Made by a program: the position numbers and the translations under genes. A stretch of DNA of 56,092 nucleotides from an uncultured bacterium. Its GTDB lineage: Bacteria; Verrucomicrobiota; Verrucomicrobiia; Limisphaerales; JACDHS01. The notes beneath the pieces are model-generated. The model was not told the origin of the DNA. It did not search any database and saw only the letters and a program-made list of their open reading frames with translations. The DNA lies in assembly GCA_966112985.1 (NCBI GenBank), contig CBHWET010000003.1, positions 1 to 56,092 of the forward strand, written 5' to 3'. Shown here in pieces: positions 38,188 to 48,930 of the stretch (position 1 is the first letter of the stretch; the number at the start of each line of letters is the position of its first letter).

Positions 38188-39561
38188 ATGAAACTAAACC
38201 TATCCGGCAGATACATCGGCTTACTTAGCCTTCTCGTGTTATCGATGCTCACAGGCTGTTCGAAACATGGCGGCAAAGTCACGGATGCCGAAACGAAACA
38301 GCCCATCGCTAATGCGATCGTGATGCACAATGGCGTCACGACGCGCTCAGATGCGAACGGCAGATTCTCTTTGTCGAAGTTCGACGCAAAAGCACCTGTC
38401 GTTGTCAAAATGCCCGGATTCCGGCGCGCACAAGCTAAAGCGGAGAGGTTCAGCGATTGCAATATTCGCCTCGAACCGTTTCAGGTGAGGGCCCTCTATC
38501 TTTCATTCGGAGCGCTGAAAACGGAGGTTCGCGATCTCGTGATCTCGATGCTTAACAAAACAAACCTCAATACCCTGGTCGTCGATATTAAAAACGAGCG
38601 CGGTTACGTGAGCATCGATACGGATGCAGGCACGGAAATGAAAATAAAACGAGCCTCGCCGCCCTCAATCGAGGATGCCCGGGCATTCATCAAAGAGCTT
38701 CACGAAAAAGACATTTACGTGATCGGGCGCGTTATCACCTTTCGCGACGACGCTCTATGCCAATCGCGCCCTGAGTGGGGAATTGTCGATACGAAAACGG
38801 ATCAGCCATGGCACGACGGAACCAAGATGAAATGGTCTGATCCGACGCGGAAAGAAGTGCGCGCCTATAATATCGCCGTTGCCAAAACCGCAGCTGAAGC
38901 CGGTTTCGATGAGATCTTATTTGCCACGGCTGACTTTCCAACCGGCGATTCCAAACGCTTGAAATTTTCTGAAGAAAATAGCGCCGCGCATCGAGCCGAA
39001 GTGAGGAAAGAATTCTGGACGGCGGCAACGCAGGAACTCGCGCCGTACAATGTTTTCGTTTCGGTCGAATTCTGGGGACCAAACCTGTTCTTTAAAAATG
39101 AAACCGAGAATGCCAAACAGATGTTGAAAACGATTCACGAATATGTGGACTACATCTGTCCCACGGCATATCCGGCAGATTTAACAGGTGTGCTTCCCCA
39201 TCGCGGTAAATACATGGCCGATTTCACCTATCGTGCCGTTACGGAGATGATCAAGCGAGGTGAGTCCACGGTTGGATCGGCCAAAAAATTCCGTCCCTGG
39301 CTTCAGAATTATAAGAGCTCGTTGATGGCCACTATGCCGTGGAGCGAACGGGAAATTGCGTTACAGATGCAGGCGACGATCGATGCCGGCACCAGCGGCT
39401 TCATGTTATGGCACGGTGCGAGTCGCTATACGAATACGGTGGAAGCCCTCCAATTACTCGCGGCCGGCCCTGTCACTCCCGTCGAAACACCGGTCTTGAA
39501 AGACAAAGAACTCGTAACCGAAGTGGCCACGACGAACGAAGTTTCGAATCCCACACCATGA
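38188..39561 (+). CDS. Lipoprotein: carboxypeptidase-regulatory-like domain + putative glycoside hydrolase (DUF4015-like)
   Basis: Lipobox LTGC; GKVTDAETKQPI...TRSDANGRF; VRALYLS, NTLVVDIKNERG, IGRVITFRD, VDYICP..YP, RPWLQ. Confidence 0.8.
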   Translation: MKLNLSGRYIGLLSLLVLSMLTGCSKHGGKVTDAETKQPIANAIVMHNGVTTRSDANGRFSLSKFDAKAPVVVKMPGFRRAQAKAERFSDCNIRLEPFQVRALYLSFGALKTEVRDLVISMLNKTNLNTLVVDIKNERGYVSIDTDAGTEMKIKRASPPSIEDARAFIKELHEKDIYVIGRVITFRDDALCQSRPEWGIVDTKTDQPWHDGTKMKWSDPTRKEVRAYNIAVAKTAAEAGFDEILFATADFPTGDSKRLKFSEENSAAHRAEVRKEFWTAATQELAPYNVFVSVEFWGPNLFFKNETENAKQMLKTIHEYVDYICPTAYPADLTGVLPHRGKYMADFTYRAVTEMIKRGESTVGSAKKFRPWLQNYKSSLMATMPWSEREIALQMQATIDAGTSGFMLWHGASRYTNTVEALQLLAAGPVTPVETPVLKDKELVTEVATTNEVSNPTP

Positions 39562-40361
39562 AGATGAAAAATGATATTCGCCGTAACGCTTTCACTTTGA
39601 TTGAGCTGCTGGTTGTTATCGGCATCATCGCGATTCTCGCCGGCTTGTTACTGCCGGTTCTGAGCAAAGCAAAAGCAAAAGCGCAACAGGTCGCGTGCAT
39701 GGGGAATTTGCGGCAGCTGAGTCTTGGCTGGCGCATGTACGCAGATGATAATGCCGGTCGATTGATTCCCGTTTTCTACTTCGCTTCCAAGGGCGTGATT
39801 AACTCCAATGCATGGGTTCGCGGTTCGATGGACGATGACACGTCGGTTTATCCGGCTGTCGAAGCCGGCAAGCTCGATTCAACGAATAAGCATGGTATTG
39901 AATGGGGCGGCATGTATCGCTATTGCCAATCGGCAGGGGTTTATCATTGCCCTGCCGACAAGAGCCAGGTGAACGGTGTGCCGCGTGTGCGCAGTTATTC
40001 AATCAATGGCTGGATGGGTGGCACCCACGTCTACGGCCAGAGCAATTACATGGTGTTTAAAAAGGAAAGCGACATCGTGCGTCCTTCTCCGGCTCAAGCA
40101 TGGGTGTTTATCGATGAACACGAACGAAGCATCAACGACGGCTGGTTCGCCGTGGATATGAAGGGCAACCAAGGCCTGCTCGATGCGCCCGCTACCCGCC
40201 ATAATAATGCTTATGGGATCACATTCGCCGATGCCCACTCTGAAACATGGACGCTCTCGCCGCGCAGCCGCAATTGGAAAGCTTTGCCAATCCGCAATAA
40301 GCCGACAGTGAATCCCGATTGGGAAAAGCTAAGTGCGGCAACGACGAGTCTCATTCAATGA
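39558..40361 (+). CDS. Prepilin-type N-terminal cleavage/methylation domain protein (PVC H-X9-DG type)
   Basis: AFTLIELLVVIGIIAILAGLLLPVLSKAKAKAQ..C..NLRQ, YHCPAD, RSYSIN, HNNAYGITFADAH. The true start is ATG 39558, an ATGA overlap with the upstream stop. Confidence 0.9.
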   Translation: MKMKNDIRRNAFTLIELLVVIGIIAILAGLLLPVLSKAKAKAQQVACMGNLRQLSLGWRMYADDNAGRLIPVFYFASKGVINSNAWVRGSMDDDTSVYPAVEAGKLDSTNKHGIEWGGMYRYCQSAGVYHCPADKSQVNGVPRVRSYSINGWMGGTHVYGQSNYMVFKKESDIVRPSPAQAWVFIDEHERSINDGWFAVDMKGNQGLLDAPATRHNNAYGITFADAHSETWTLSPRSRNWKALPIRNKPTVNPDWEKLSAATTSLIQ

Positions 40362-40397
40362 TGGACTCGCCTCGCGCGAACGCGGGAAGTTTCCTTA

Positions 40398-43300
40398 TCA
40401 CGGCAGAATCGTAAAACTATTCGTCAGCGTATAAACCGGGTTGGGATTAAACGTGACAACAATGTTTTGCGCACCGGTCGTGGCATTGGCGGGAATCGCA
40501 AAAGTCGCCAGGACTGTATTCCCCGTGGGATGTGACAGCGACGTACCGGAAATTGAACCAGCGAGGGTTACGCTCGTCGGTATTGCCGTGGTTGGCGGAT
40601 TGGGAGGCGTGCTCGGCAATGTAATTGTAACGGTCACCGTCGAACCGCGCGACGCACTGCCCCCAGGGGCAACTGAAGAGGTAGTGAAAACGGTTGTGCC
40701 GGTGTTATCAAAAGCTGCGACCGCCGTGCGTGAAACGCGATAAAACTTGCTCATATCGGTGGTCACATTCGTGTAAGCGCCAAGGGCTCGCGGCGCCGAG
40801 GCATTCGTCGACAATATTGTCCACGCCGGAAGATTCGTACTCGATTCTACTTTATAAGTTCCACCGTCAACACCACTCCACGTCAGGGTTACAAGGTTGC
40901 CGTTTTTTGCGGGTGTAGCGATTTGCAAAGGCATGTTCGTTCCGCCCAGAAAATTCGTCACAACGGTTTCACTGATATTCGAAACCGATCCGCCGGTTGG
41001 AATCCCAAATAATGCGCGCCCCACATAGTATGGATATTTCGGGGCGCCATTCGTTTCGATCGTCACAAAATAAGCGTAAGTGCCATTTGGAAATTCCGGG
41101 GTCACACACCAACGACCATTATATTCATCGAGATCATAGTCCACGCCTTTGACGAAAGGCGAACCGGTGCTCGGATTAATAAGGTCACCCATGAAATCGC
41201 TGTCCTCGAGATAACGGCCGAGGGGGCCGTAAGAAGCTACGGACGGACCGCTGACGTTGTTTGTTCCGTACATCCGTTGTGCCCACGGGGGAATATTCGT
41301 ACGACCAACAGTGGAGAGATTGACCGTACCGTTCTGGCCATTACGCAGGACGAATCCGGAAAGCATCCGGCGAATACCGCTGGCCGAGTTGCTTGCACTG
41401 GAATAGCCATACGGGCCGTACAGCGGGTAACCATCGCGCATCCAGCCAATAATCGGCGAATGTTTCGTCACAACGTTTGTGGATTCAGAATAGGTTTTAG
41501 TTGCCGGCTTATAGTCAACATGATCATTGAGGAGATAACGCAATCCCTGTGGGTTCGCGTGATAATGATAAGCCCCGGCAGGTGACGAGTGCCCCTGGTA
41601 TGGATCGAAGCCATAACCTTCATTGATGTAAGCGTCGCGTGTCCAATAACCAGTGCCTTGCGATTCGTTGCTCCCGGTCCATGACAAAGCATCGCGGGTA
41701 TCGTACATCTGCACGCCGTCGACGAGATAGCCAATCGCTCCACCAGTCGTCAGTGATTTGATGTTTGTGTAACCTGGATTTATGGGAATGCGATACAGCG
41801 ATTTCTGATTGTAAGGAAGAAACAATGCCGCATTTCCGTAGGCGATAAGTGGGCCAATCGGTCCGACAGGCATCGCCGACGAACGGATATAGACCCAGTT
41901 GGAGGAGGAGTAAACTTCCTGAATCCCAGAGTACACCGGCAGCGATTGCGATCCAGTCACGTTGGTTGAACCAATCGTGGTGAACGTCCACGTCGTGACC
42001 GTAACACCCGCGTTCATCGCAGCGCTGTTCGTGTAAAGGCGAACGTATTGACCCGCGTAATTCGTCATCCATGAAATCGTCCGCGGATTTGCAAGCGGTG
42101 GTGGAACGGTGATCGGCACATTGATACTGGTGTTTGCCACGCAACCCGAGTTGTTGCTGACATAGACAACTAAGCCAACATTTCCGTTCGTGCCCGCGGT
42201 GTAAGTGATCGTCTGGAGGTTTGAATCACTGGTGATCGTGCCATTGGTTATCTGCCATGAATAGCTACTCATACCCGAAGGCGCGCTGGCAGAGTTGCCA
42301 GACGAATTGGCGAGAACATTCGAACTCGTGGTAATGGTCGCAGTCGGATACGGCGAAATGGTCGTCTCCGTATAATCACCTGAACTGCAACCTTCGGCCG
42401 AAGTGATGAGAAGCGTCAGGCCGACGACACCGCTTGCACCTGCAGTGTAGGTAATCGTTTGAATGTTGGTCGCACTCGTGATCGTGCCGTTGGAAATACT
42501 CCATGCATAAGCGGCCATTCCAGCAGGTCCGGAAGCCTGGTTGCCGGTGGAATTCGCACACGGCGAAGAAGCGGCTATGGCGATGCCCGGAGGATTATTA
42601 ATCGCGACATTGGTGGTCATCGTCAACGAACTGCAACTGCCACTGTCTCTCACGCTGACCGAAAGGCCAACATTTCCGCTCGATCCGGGAGTGTAGATCA
42701 CGCTTTGGGCATTCGTCCCGCCAATGAAGGAACCGTTCGTGATGCTCCATCCATAGCTCAATGCGGGCGTTTCAATGAACTCCAATTCTGCCAGTTGAAC
42801 GCAAGTAGCGTTGGCGGGATCACGCACACTATCTATCTGAAGGCGATAGATGTTGTACGCAGCGTCATTCGCAAACGTGAAGGTCTGCTTTTCAAAACGA
42901 TTGCTGAACAACTGGCCAACGCGAGTATCAAGCGTCACCCAGTTTGTTCCTCCGTCGTTCGAACCGAGGATTTTCCAATCTCGCGGATCGCGAACGGGGC
43001 CGTCATTGGCAGAAGTGAGATTGTATTTCGTAACGATGTGTTGTCCATTGTGAGCGTATTGATATTGGATCCAACTGGAGCGGTTGGTTGGATCGCCTGT
43101 GAAATCAAGCCACTTCGTGTCGGTATTATTATCGAATGCTTTGGCTGCACCCTCTCCCGTTTCATTTTCGCCCCGGGCAGTTATGATCCCTAATTGGTCA
43201 TCCGTCGTATCGAACGCCGCAGTCGCGTTCACCGTGGCACTTCCGGAAGTGCCGGAACAAATACCCGATGGCGTATTAACGGATACCGCGGTGATGCCCG

Positions 43301-44747
43301 ACTGAATGGGAACATAAACAACATTCGAAGCGCTGGAACCGTTTCTACTCACGGTCAAATCAAGGCGTACTTCGCCAGACGTCCCGGCCGTGTAAGTAAC
43401 CGTTTGAGAATTGGCAGCGCTCGTGATCTGCCCGTTGTGAATTGTCCAGGCATAATAATCCATGCCGCCAGGACCGGACGCTGTATGTCCGGCCGAGCCC
43501 GAACAAAGCTTGCTGTCAGCAACGGTGATCGTTGGCGCGGACAACTTCGTTTCCGTCAGGACCACGCCTGAAAACGCAACGCCTGATGAACTGCCATTCT
43601 TCATCATTGTCGCAGTAATCGAGGTCGCGTTCGAAACAGTCGCTGGCAAATACGCATAGTAAATATTATTGGCCGAGCTTCCGCCCCAGGACATCGCGCT
43701 TGCCACCGAGTTAGTATCGGTTGTGGTGGAAGCCTCGACTGTTACGAACATATTAAAAGCGAGGGAGCGATTGTCGCCCGCGAGGTAGTAGAGTTGATAG
43801 CTCGTATCGGTATTGAGACCGTCAATTTTCACGCTCATTTCCTCCTGGTTATCCGCCCAGATAAATGTGCCGAACAATTCGTCGCCGAAGTTCGCCGTGG
43901 AGAGATTTCCGCTCGGCGCCAAGATGGTCAAAGTGTACGGCCCAAATGTGTTGGTGATTGGATTCGAGGATGCCGCAATGCCAGTAAACGTAATGCCGTC
44001 GCGCACCAGAGTAGATCCGCCGAAATTCGCGGCGATCAGCACCTCGTTGCTGCTGAGTGATAAGAGCGAAGGAGCGCTCGAAGTGGTTACGCCGTTTACC
44101 TGCGCACCGACAGCAACATTCACCAGGGAAAACGTTGCATTGAAGACGATGCTGTTGCTGGCCAGTGCATAGGCGTCACTTAATTGCAAAATGCCGGTCG
44201 GAGTCAATTGACCCGTATAATTGGTGGCCGCCAATGATGCTGTCGTCGCATCGAGTGCGTACGACATTTCCCCCGGAAGGCTCATCGATTTTGAGTCCGC
44301 TGAAGAGTTCCAGTTTGCTGCTCCGCTGTTGGGTCGCAGACCAATACTCGCAATGCCAAACCGCACCGAGTTTGTGGCCACGCCAGTCGAGGCTGAAACA
44401 AGCGAGGCGGTAAAGTTCACGCTTTCGCTCGGATCAACCCAGTTGCCGGTCCCGTCGCCGCCACTGATCGCCACACGTGTTGGATACCCATTCTGAAAAT
44501 CCAATTGTGTAAAAACGGCTGGGCCATTTGTTGAATAAGGTGAAATCGTCACAGCCACAGTAACACTTTCACCCGAAGTTGCGTCAGTGAACGTGTAGTT
44601 TTTCGTCAGATTGGTCGCGAGCACGACGATTGAATCGGGAATCGTCACATTGGCAGCCGGCACCGTGGTCGCGAGCGCCAGAAGCACAATGGTAAAGATA
44701 AACGAAAGAAGCGCGCGTTCCCGGAAAGGAATTCGAGGGATTCTCAT
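40398..44747 (-). CDS. Large secreted YHYH-domain protein with discoidin (F5/8C)-like and PKD-like repeats
   Basis: Signal peptide; AFDNNTDTKW...SAND...RDPRDW...LAELEF (discoidin); repeated 'Y.W.I.NG.ITS....QT.TYTAG..G.V.L'; GAYHYH, HSPIIGWMRDGYPLYGPYG, DLDEYNGR...TPEFPNGTYAYF. Confidence 0.88.
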   Translation of the reverse strand: MRIPRIPFRERALLSFIFTIVLLALATTVPAANVTIPDSIVVLATNLTKNYTFTDATSGESVTVAVTISPYSTNGPAVFTQLDFQNGYPTRVAISGGDGTGNWVDPSESVNFTASLVSASTGVATNSVRFGIASIGLRPNSGAANWNSSADSKSMSLPGEMSYALDATTASLAATNYTGQLTPTGILQLSDAYALASNSIVFNATFSLVNVAVGAQVNGVTTSSAPSLLSLSSNEVLIAANFGGSTLVRDGITFTGIAASSNPITNTFGPYTLTILAPSGNLSTANFGDELFGTFIWADNQEEMSVKIDGLNTDTSYQLYYLAGDNRSLAFNMFVTVEASTTTDTNSVASAMSWGGSSANNIYYAYLPATVSNATSITATMMKNGSSSGVAFSGVVLTETKLSAPTITVADSKLCSGSAGHTASGPGGMDYYAWTIHNGQITSAANSQTVTYTAGTSGEVRLDLTVSRNGSSASNVVYVPIQSGITAVSVNTPSGICSGTSGSATVNATAAFDTTDDQLGIITARGENETGEGAAKAFDNNTDTKWLDFTGDPTNRSSWIQYQYAHNGQHIVTKYNLTSANDGPVRDPRDWKILGSNDGGTNWVTLDTRVGQLFSNRFEKQTFTFANDAAYNIYRLQIDSVRDPANATCVQLAELEFIETPALSYGWSITNGSFIGGTNAQSVIYTPGSSGNVGLSVSVRDSGSCSSLTMTTNVAINNPPGIAIAASSPCANSTGNQASGPAGMAAYAWSISNGTITSATNIQTITYTAGASGVVGLTLLITSAEGCSSGDYTETTISPYPTATITTSSNVLANSSGNSASAPSGMSSYSWQITNGTITSDSNLQTITYTAGTNGNVGLVVYVSNNSGCVANTSINVPITVPPPLANPRTISWMTNYAGQYVRLYTNSAAMNAGVTVTTWTFTTIGSTNVTGSQSLPVYSGIQEVYSSSNWVYIRSSAMPVGPIGPLIAYGNAALFLPYNQKSLYRIPINPGYTNIKSLTTGGAIGYLVDGVQMYDTRDALSWTGSNESQGTGYWTRDAYINEGYGFDPYQGHSSPAGAYHYHANPQGLRYLLNDHVDYKPATKTYSESTNVVTKHSPIIGWMRDGYPLYGPYGYSSASNSASGIRRMLSGFVLRNGQNGTVNLSTVGRTNIPPWAQRMYGTNNVSGPSVASYGPLGRYLEDSDFMGDLINPSTGSPFVKGVDYDLDEYNGRWCVTPEFPNGTYAYFVTIETNGAPKYPYYVGRALFGIPTGGSVSNISETVVTNFLGGTNMPLQIATPAKNGNLVTLTWSGVDGGTYKVESSTNLPAWTILSTNASAPRALGAYTNVTTDMSKFYRVSRTAVAAFDNTGTTVFTTSSVAPGGSASRGSTVTVTITLPSTPPNPPTTAIPTSVTLAGSISGTSLSHPTGNTVLATFAIPANATTGAQNIVVTFNPNPVYTLTNSFTILP

Positions 44748-45262
44748 AATAACGTCTTGGCTGCAACAACGAAACTCCGTAGCGACATACGCAGAAAACT
44801 ATGCGAACGCACCTTAATCAAACATTAAGGACCAAAGCGACGAAGGCAGTTGTGGCGGATGTTGTAACGCAATTGTCACCAGGAAACCAAGGGTTTTCCA
44901 GTAGAAGAGCGGTTCAAATTATCGCCGTACGGCATCCAGAAAAAATTTTAAGATTTTTTGTCCGTTTTGCCGTTCAGCGGACATTTACATGTTGGATAGG
45001 TGACCGGTTAGACGCGGCGGGGGGTGAAATGGACGAACGGATGGACAACTAAATCGATGGACGACGGAGTTGTTACTCAGGGTATTCGACCGCGCGTCTG
45101 CCGGTCACCTCGGTTTTTCTAAAATCGGCATTGATGTGTCACCGCAAGCAACCTGCGGTGGCCTGCCAAGCCGCACCTCTGATCTGGAAATTCCGACCCA
45201 AATCGCCGATGGTCGGTCGATTTCGCATCACCAAACAGGCGGAATTCAGATCACGACCCATT

Positions 45263-47500
45263 ATGAAGCATGCACGCGCGGCATTGGCGCTAACGTTTGT
45301 ATCCGCCATTTACCTGCACGCCATCGAACTCTCCAACGAACAGTTGGAGCTGTCATTCGATTCGCAAACCGGGGCATTGGTCGATATGTCGTCGCCAGCG
45401 ATAAAACACCAATTCATTGGCACAGCAGACAATGGGTATCTTTGGAAGGCTAGCTATAAGGACACTAACGGCGGAACCGGTTCGATCACGTCAATTGCCG
45501 CACGATCTTTCCACGCAGAGAAACAAAGCGCGACCACACAAAAGCTGATTTGGGAAGACATCAAAGTGCCTGGTGCGCCGGATTTGCGGGTCGAGGCTTT
45601 GGTAGAGCTCGATCCCAAAGTACCGTTGAGTTATTGGAAGCTTAGGATTCGCAATGCCGGCTCGATTCGCTTCGATGAAGTTCGATTCCCGTGCGTGCAG
45701 AACATTGCAGCGCAAACGAATGAAATGCTGGCGGTTCCCGATTGGATTGGGCAAGTCGCGACGAATCCACGCAAGCTGCTAAACAAGAACGGCGCTGCGC
45801 GCGAGCTCCAGTATTCCTATCCAGGACACACCTCCATGCAATGTTTCGCCTTTTACCAACATGGTGGTCCCGGCCTTTACTTCGCGTGTGATGATATCTA
45901 CGCCTTTCGAAAAGCCTTTTCATTTTCCGGAGATGGCAAAGAAGGAGCAAACTTTTCACTGATTCAATTGCCCGAAAACACCGGAACAAATTCGGGCGAC
46001 TATTTTCAAAACTATCATGCCGTCCTGGGCACGTTTACTGGTGATTGGTTCACTGCGGCCGAGATTTATCGCCCGTGGGCAACAAACCAATGGTGGGCGA
46101 AAGAAAGCAGACTGAAAAAGACTCACACCAACAGCTGGGCGGCTGCAACGGCACTGTGGGTATGGAACCGAGGCCGTTCAAAGCAAGTGCTCGAACCGGC
46201 GACTGCTCTCCAGAAGAAACTGCAATTACCCGTTTCCGCCATGTGGCATTGGTGGCACGGCTGCGCTTACGACGCCGGATTTCCTGAATATCTCCCGCCA
46301 CGAGAAGGAGAAGATTCATTCCGGGCGGCGTTGAGCAAAGCGCATCGGGAGGATGTTCACGCGATCGTTTACATGAACCAACGGCTCTGGGGAATGGAGA
46401 CGACGAGCTGGCAAACCACGCCAGCGAGAGAGTTTGCCGTGCTCGATCGAACGGGAACGATTCATCCCGAGGTTTATAATACATTCACCAAATCGCCGAT
46501 GGCATCGATGTGCATGGGCACAGAATTCTGGCGCAATCATTATGCGGGCCTGACAGAACAGGCATTCAAGCTGGGGGTAGACGGCATATATATGGACCAG
46601 GCCTGCAGCAGTCTCGCTTGTTATAACCCGGCACACGGTCATGCCGTCGGCGGCGGAACGTATTGGATGAAAGGTTTTCAGACCATGGCGAACGACATCC
46701 GCAAACGTTCCTGGAATATCACTCTCGCCGGCGAAGGCGTCGGAGAATCCTGGCTGCCGTATCTCGACCTGATGTTGAGCCTTCAGGTCAGCAAAGATCG
46801 ATACGGGGGTGTCGATGGCTGGGAGGCGATTCCATTCTTTCAGGCGGTTTACCATCCATACGTCATTCAGTATGGCAACTATTCTTCCCTTACGATGCCG
46901 CCGTATGACGAATTGTGGCCCAAAGAGTTTGCTCCGAAAGAACCGCTAAAATTATTGGATCGAAAATTTTCGCAACAATTTCACCTCGAACAGGCGCGGG
47001 CATTCGTTTGGGGCCAGCAACCGACGATTGCGAACTTCAGAACGTCTCAACTGCAAGAGAGACCGGAGGAAATTAACTACGCACTACAATTGGCAAAACT
47101 ACGCAGCCGAAGTTTGAAGTGGCTCTTACACGGCACGTTTCTCCGCCCGCCTCCAGTGAACGCTCCTGAACAGACGATCGATATCTCACGCCTATCGATC
47201 TACGCTGGACAACAAGGCGGGCTGACCACCTATCAAAAGAGTGTGCCGCAAGTTCTGGCAAGTGCGTGGAGTGCTGAGGATAAAACTGTAGGCATCGTCC
47301 TCGCCAGCATCAGCAACACATCATTGGCGTTGAACGTGAATGTGTCGGGCTTGGAAGATAAACTGCCGAAGCGATTCACGATCTACCGCATAACTTCGAA
47401 CGGGCGGTCAAAAATCGGCAATGGCACCCAGCAACAGAAATTCATTAACGTGAAGCTATCTCCACGTGAAGCCTGTGTGCTTGAAATCGTCCCGCGGTAA
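45263..47500 (+). CDS. Secreted putative glycoside hydrolase (DUF6259-like TIM barrel)
   Basis: Signal peptide from ATG 45263 (MKHARAALAL); GDWFTAAEIYR.WA, YDAGFPEYLP, GVDGIYMDQ, HGH..GGG. Confidence 0.7.
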   Translation: MKHARAALALTFVSAIYLHAIELSNEQLELSFDSQTGALVDMSSPAIKHQFIGTADNGYLWKASYKDTNGGTGSITSIAARSFHAEKQSATTQKLIWEDIKVPGAPDLRVEALVELDPKVPLSYWKLRIRNAGSIRFDEVRFPCVQNIAAQTNEMLAVPDWIGQVATNPRKLLNKNGAARELQYSYPGHTSMQCFAFYQHGGPGLYFACDDIYAFRKAFSFSGDGKEGANFSLIQLPENTGTNSGDYFQNYHAVLGTFTGDWFTAAEIYRPWATNQWWAKESRLKKTHTNSWAAATALWVWNRGRSKQVLEPATALQKKLQLPVSAMWHWWHGCAYDAGFPEYLPPREGEDSFRAALSKAHREDVHAIVYMNQRLWGMETTSWQTTPAREFAVLDRTGTIHPEVYNTFTKSPMASMCMGTEFWRNHYAGLTEQAFKLGVDGIYMDQACSSLACYNPAHGHAVGGGTYWMKGFQTMANDIRKRSWNITLAGEGVGESWLPYLDLMLSLQVSKDRYGGVDGWEAIPFFQAVYHPYVIQYGNYSSLTMPPYDELWPKEFAPKEPLKLLDRKFSQQFHLEQARAFVWGQQPTIANFRTSQLQERPEEINYALQLAKLRSRSLKWLLHGTFLRPPPVNAPEQTIDISRLSIYAGQQGGLTTYQKSVPQVLASAWSAEDKTVGIVLASISNTSLALNVNVSGLEDKLPKRFTIYRITSNGRSKIGNGTQQQKFINVKLSPREACVLEIVPR

Positions 47501-47508
47501 ACCGCCTC

Positions 47509-48888
47509 TCAATACTGCGGTTTGCCGGCCGTAACAGAGGATCGATGTTTTTGGAATTCCTTCGTCAGGTCGGCGACAATGTCCGCGTGTTGCGCTGCGA
47601 TGTCGAAGCGTTCGGAAGGATCCTCGTTGATATTATACAATGCAGGCGGCGAATGCTTTTGAGGCTCTTCCTTCGCGTATCCGTCGTGAGTCGTGAAATG
47701 CGCTTTGTAATTCCCCTTGCGAACCGCATACAGCTGGTCGCCGTAATAATAGAAATGCAGCTCACGCTTGGATGTGCTGTGATTGAAGAGAATCGGCGAC
47801 ATATCGACACCGTCTTGCGGCCGGTCGGTTGGCACACTCGCGCCGCCGAGTTTCAGGCACGTGTTGAACAAATCCATTCCGCTCGCCATCTCTCGTGTGA
47901 CGCCAATATCAATTTTACCCGGCCATCGGGCAATCGCGGGGACGCGGTAACCGCCTTCCCAGGTTCCACCTTTTCCATCGCGCAGCAATCCAGCAGAACC
48001 GCCGTTCAACCTACGAATGAGCCACGGTCCATTGTCGCTCGTAAAGAAAACGAACGTATCCTTTTCGATTTTCTCGTCGCGTAAAGCTTTGAGCACTTCG
48101 CCGACGCTCCAATCAACTTCTTCCACGGTATCTCCATACAAGCCGCGTTTGCTTTTGCCCTTGAACTTATCGGAAGCGAACAGCGGCACGTGCGGAAACG
48201 TGTGCGCAAAATAAAGGAAGAATGGTTTCTTCTTATTTTCTTTGATGAATTTAATCGCCTCAGCGGTGTAACGCTGCGTCAGTGTTTCCTGATTTGCCGG
48301 ACGTTCGAGGATGTTCGTGTTGCGCATCAACGGAACATTGAAGTTATGCCAATTGGGATGAGGGCCGTCGCTGTCTTCGTTACGCGCCTTCTTCGTCACG
48401 GCATCCATGTCATTGGAATATGGAAGGCCATAGAAGTAATCGAATCCCATGCTCGTCGGCAGATGCGTTGGCGTGTGGCCAAGATGCCACTTTCCAATGC
48501 AAGCGGTCGAATACCCCTGCTGCTTCAGCGCGCGCGGGATCGTCACTTCACTTTCCGGCAAACCTCCGTCGTTATTCGGATACAACACATGCCGTCCAGG
48601 TCCACCCGCCATTCCCGTTCGGATTGCGAGCCGTCCAGTCAGCAAGGCAGCACGACTCGGCGTGCAAAGACAGGCACCGGCATAAAACTCCGTAAATCGC
48701 AGGCCTGTCGCCGCCATCTGATCAAGGTTCGGTGTCTTGATACTCGGATGACCGTAGGAACCGAGATCTCCGTAGCCCAGATCGTCCGCGAGAATGATGA
48801 TGATATTTGGCTGTTTGCTGTCAGCTCGCAGCGTGACGGACATCGCAATCAACAGCGCGGAAAGCAAACCGAAGGTTCGTTTAATCAT
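47509..48888 (-). CDS. Arylsulfatase (formylglycine-dependent, S1)
   Basis: PNIIIILADDLGYGD, CTPSRAALLTGR, GKWHLG, FTSDNG, GKGGTWEGGYRVP; signal peptide. Confidence 0.95.
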   Translation of the reverse strand: MIKRTFGLLSALLIAMSVTLRADSKQPNIIIILADDLGYGDLGSYGHPSIKTPNLDQMAATGLRFTEFYAGACLCTPSRAALLTGRLAIRTGMAGGPGRHVLYPNNDGGLPESEVTIPRALKQQGYSTACIGKWHLGHTPTHLPTSMGFDYFYGLPYSNDMDAVTKKARNEDSDGPHPNWHNFNVPLMRNTNILERPANQETLTQRYTAEAIKFIKENKKKPFFLYFAHTFPHVPLFASDKFKGKSKRGLYGDTVEEVDWSVGEVLKALRDEKIEKDTFVFFTSDNGPWLIRRLNGGSAGLLRDGKGGTWEGGYRVPAIARWPGKIDIGVTREMASGMDLFNTCLKLGGASVPTDRPQDGVDMSPILFNHSTSKRELHFYYYGDQLYAVRKGNYKAHFTTHDGYAKEEPQKHSPPALYNINEDPSERFDIAAQHADIVADLTKEFQKHRSSVTAGKPQY

Positions 48889-48930
48889 ATCGATGGGCTC
48901 AGACGAGGCGTTACCGATTGTCGGTTACAC

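Noticed and set aside
39339-39557. N-terminal extension of the prepilin-like ORF
   Set aside because: It overlaps the upstream gene. The prepilin motif and the ATGA coupling place the start at 39558.
44880-44940. GGTTCAAAT resembling a tRNA T-loop
   Set aside because: No T-stem, acceptor stem or cloverleaf can be built around it.
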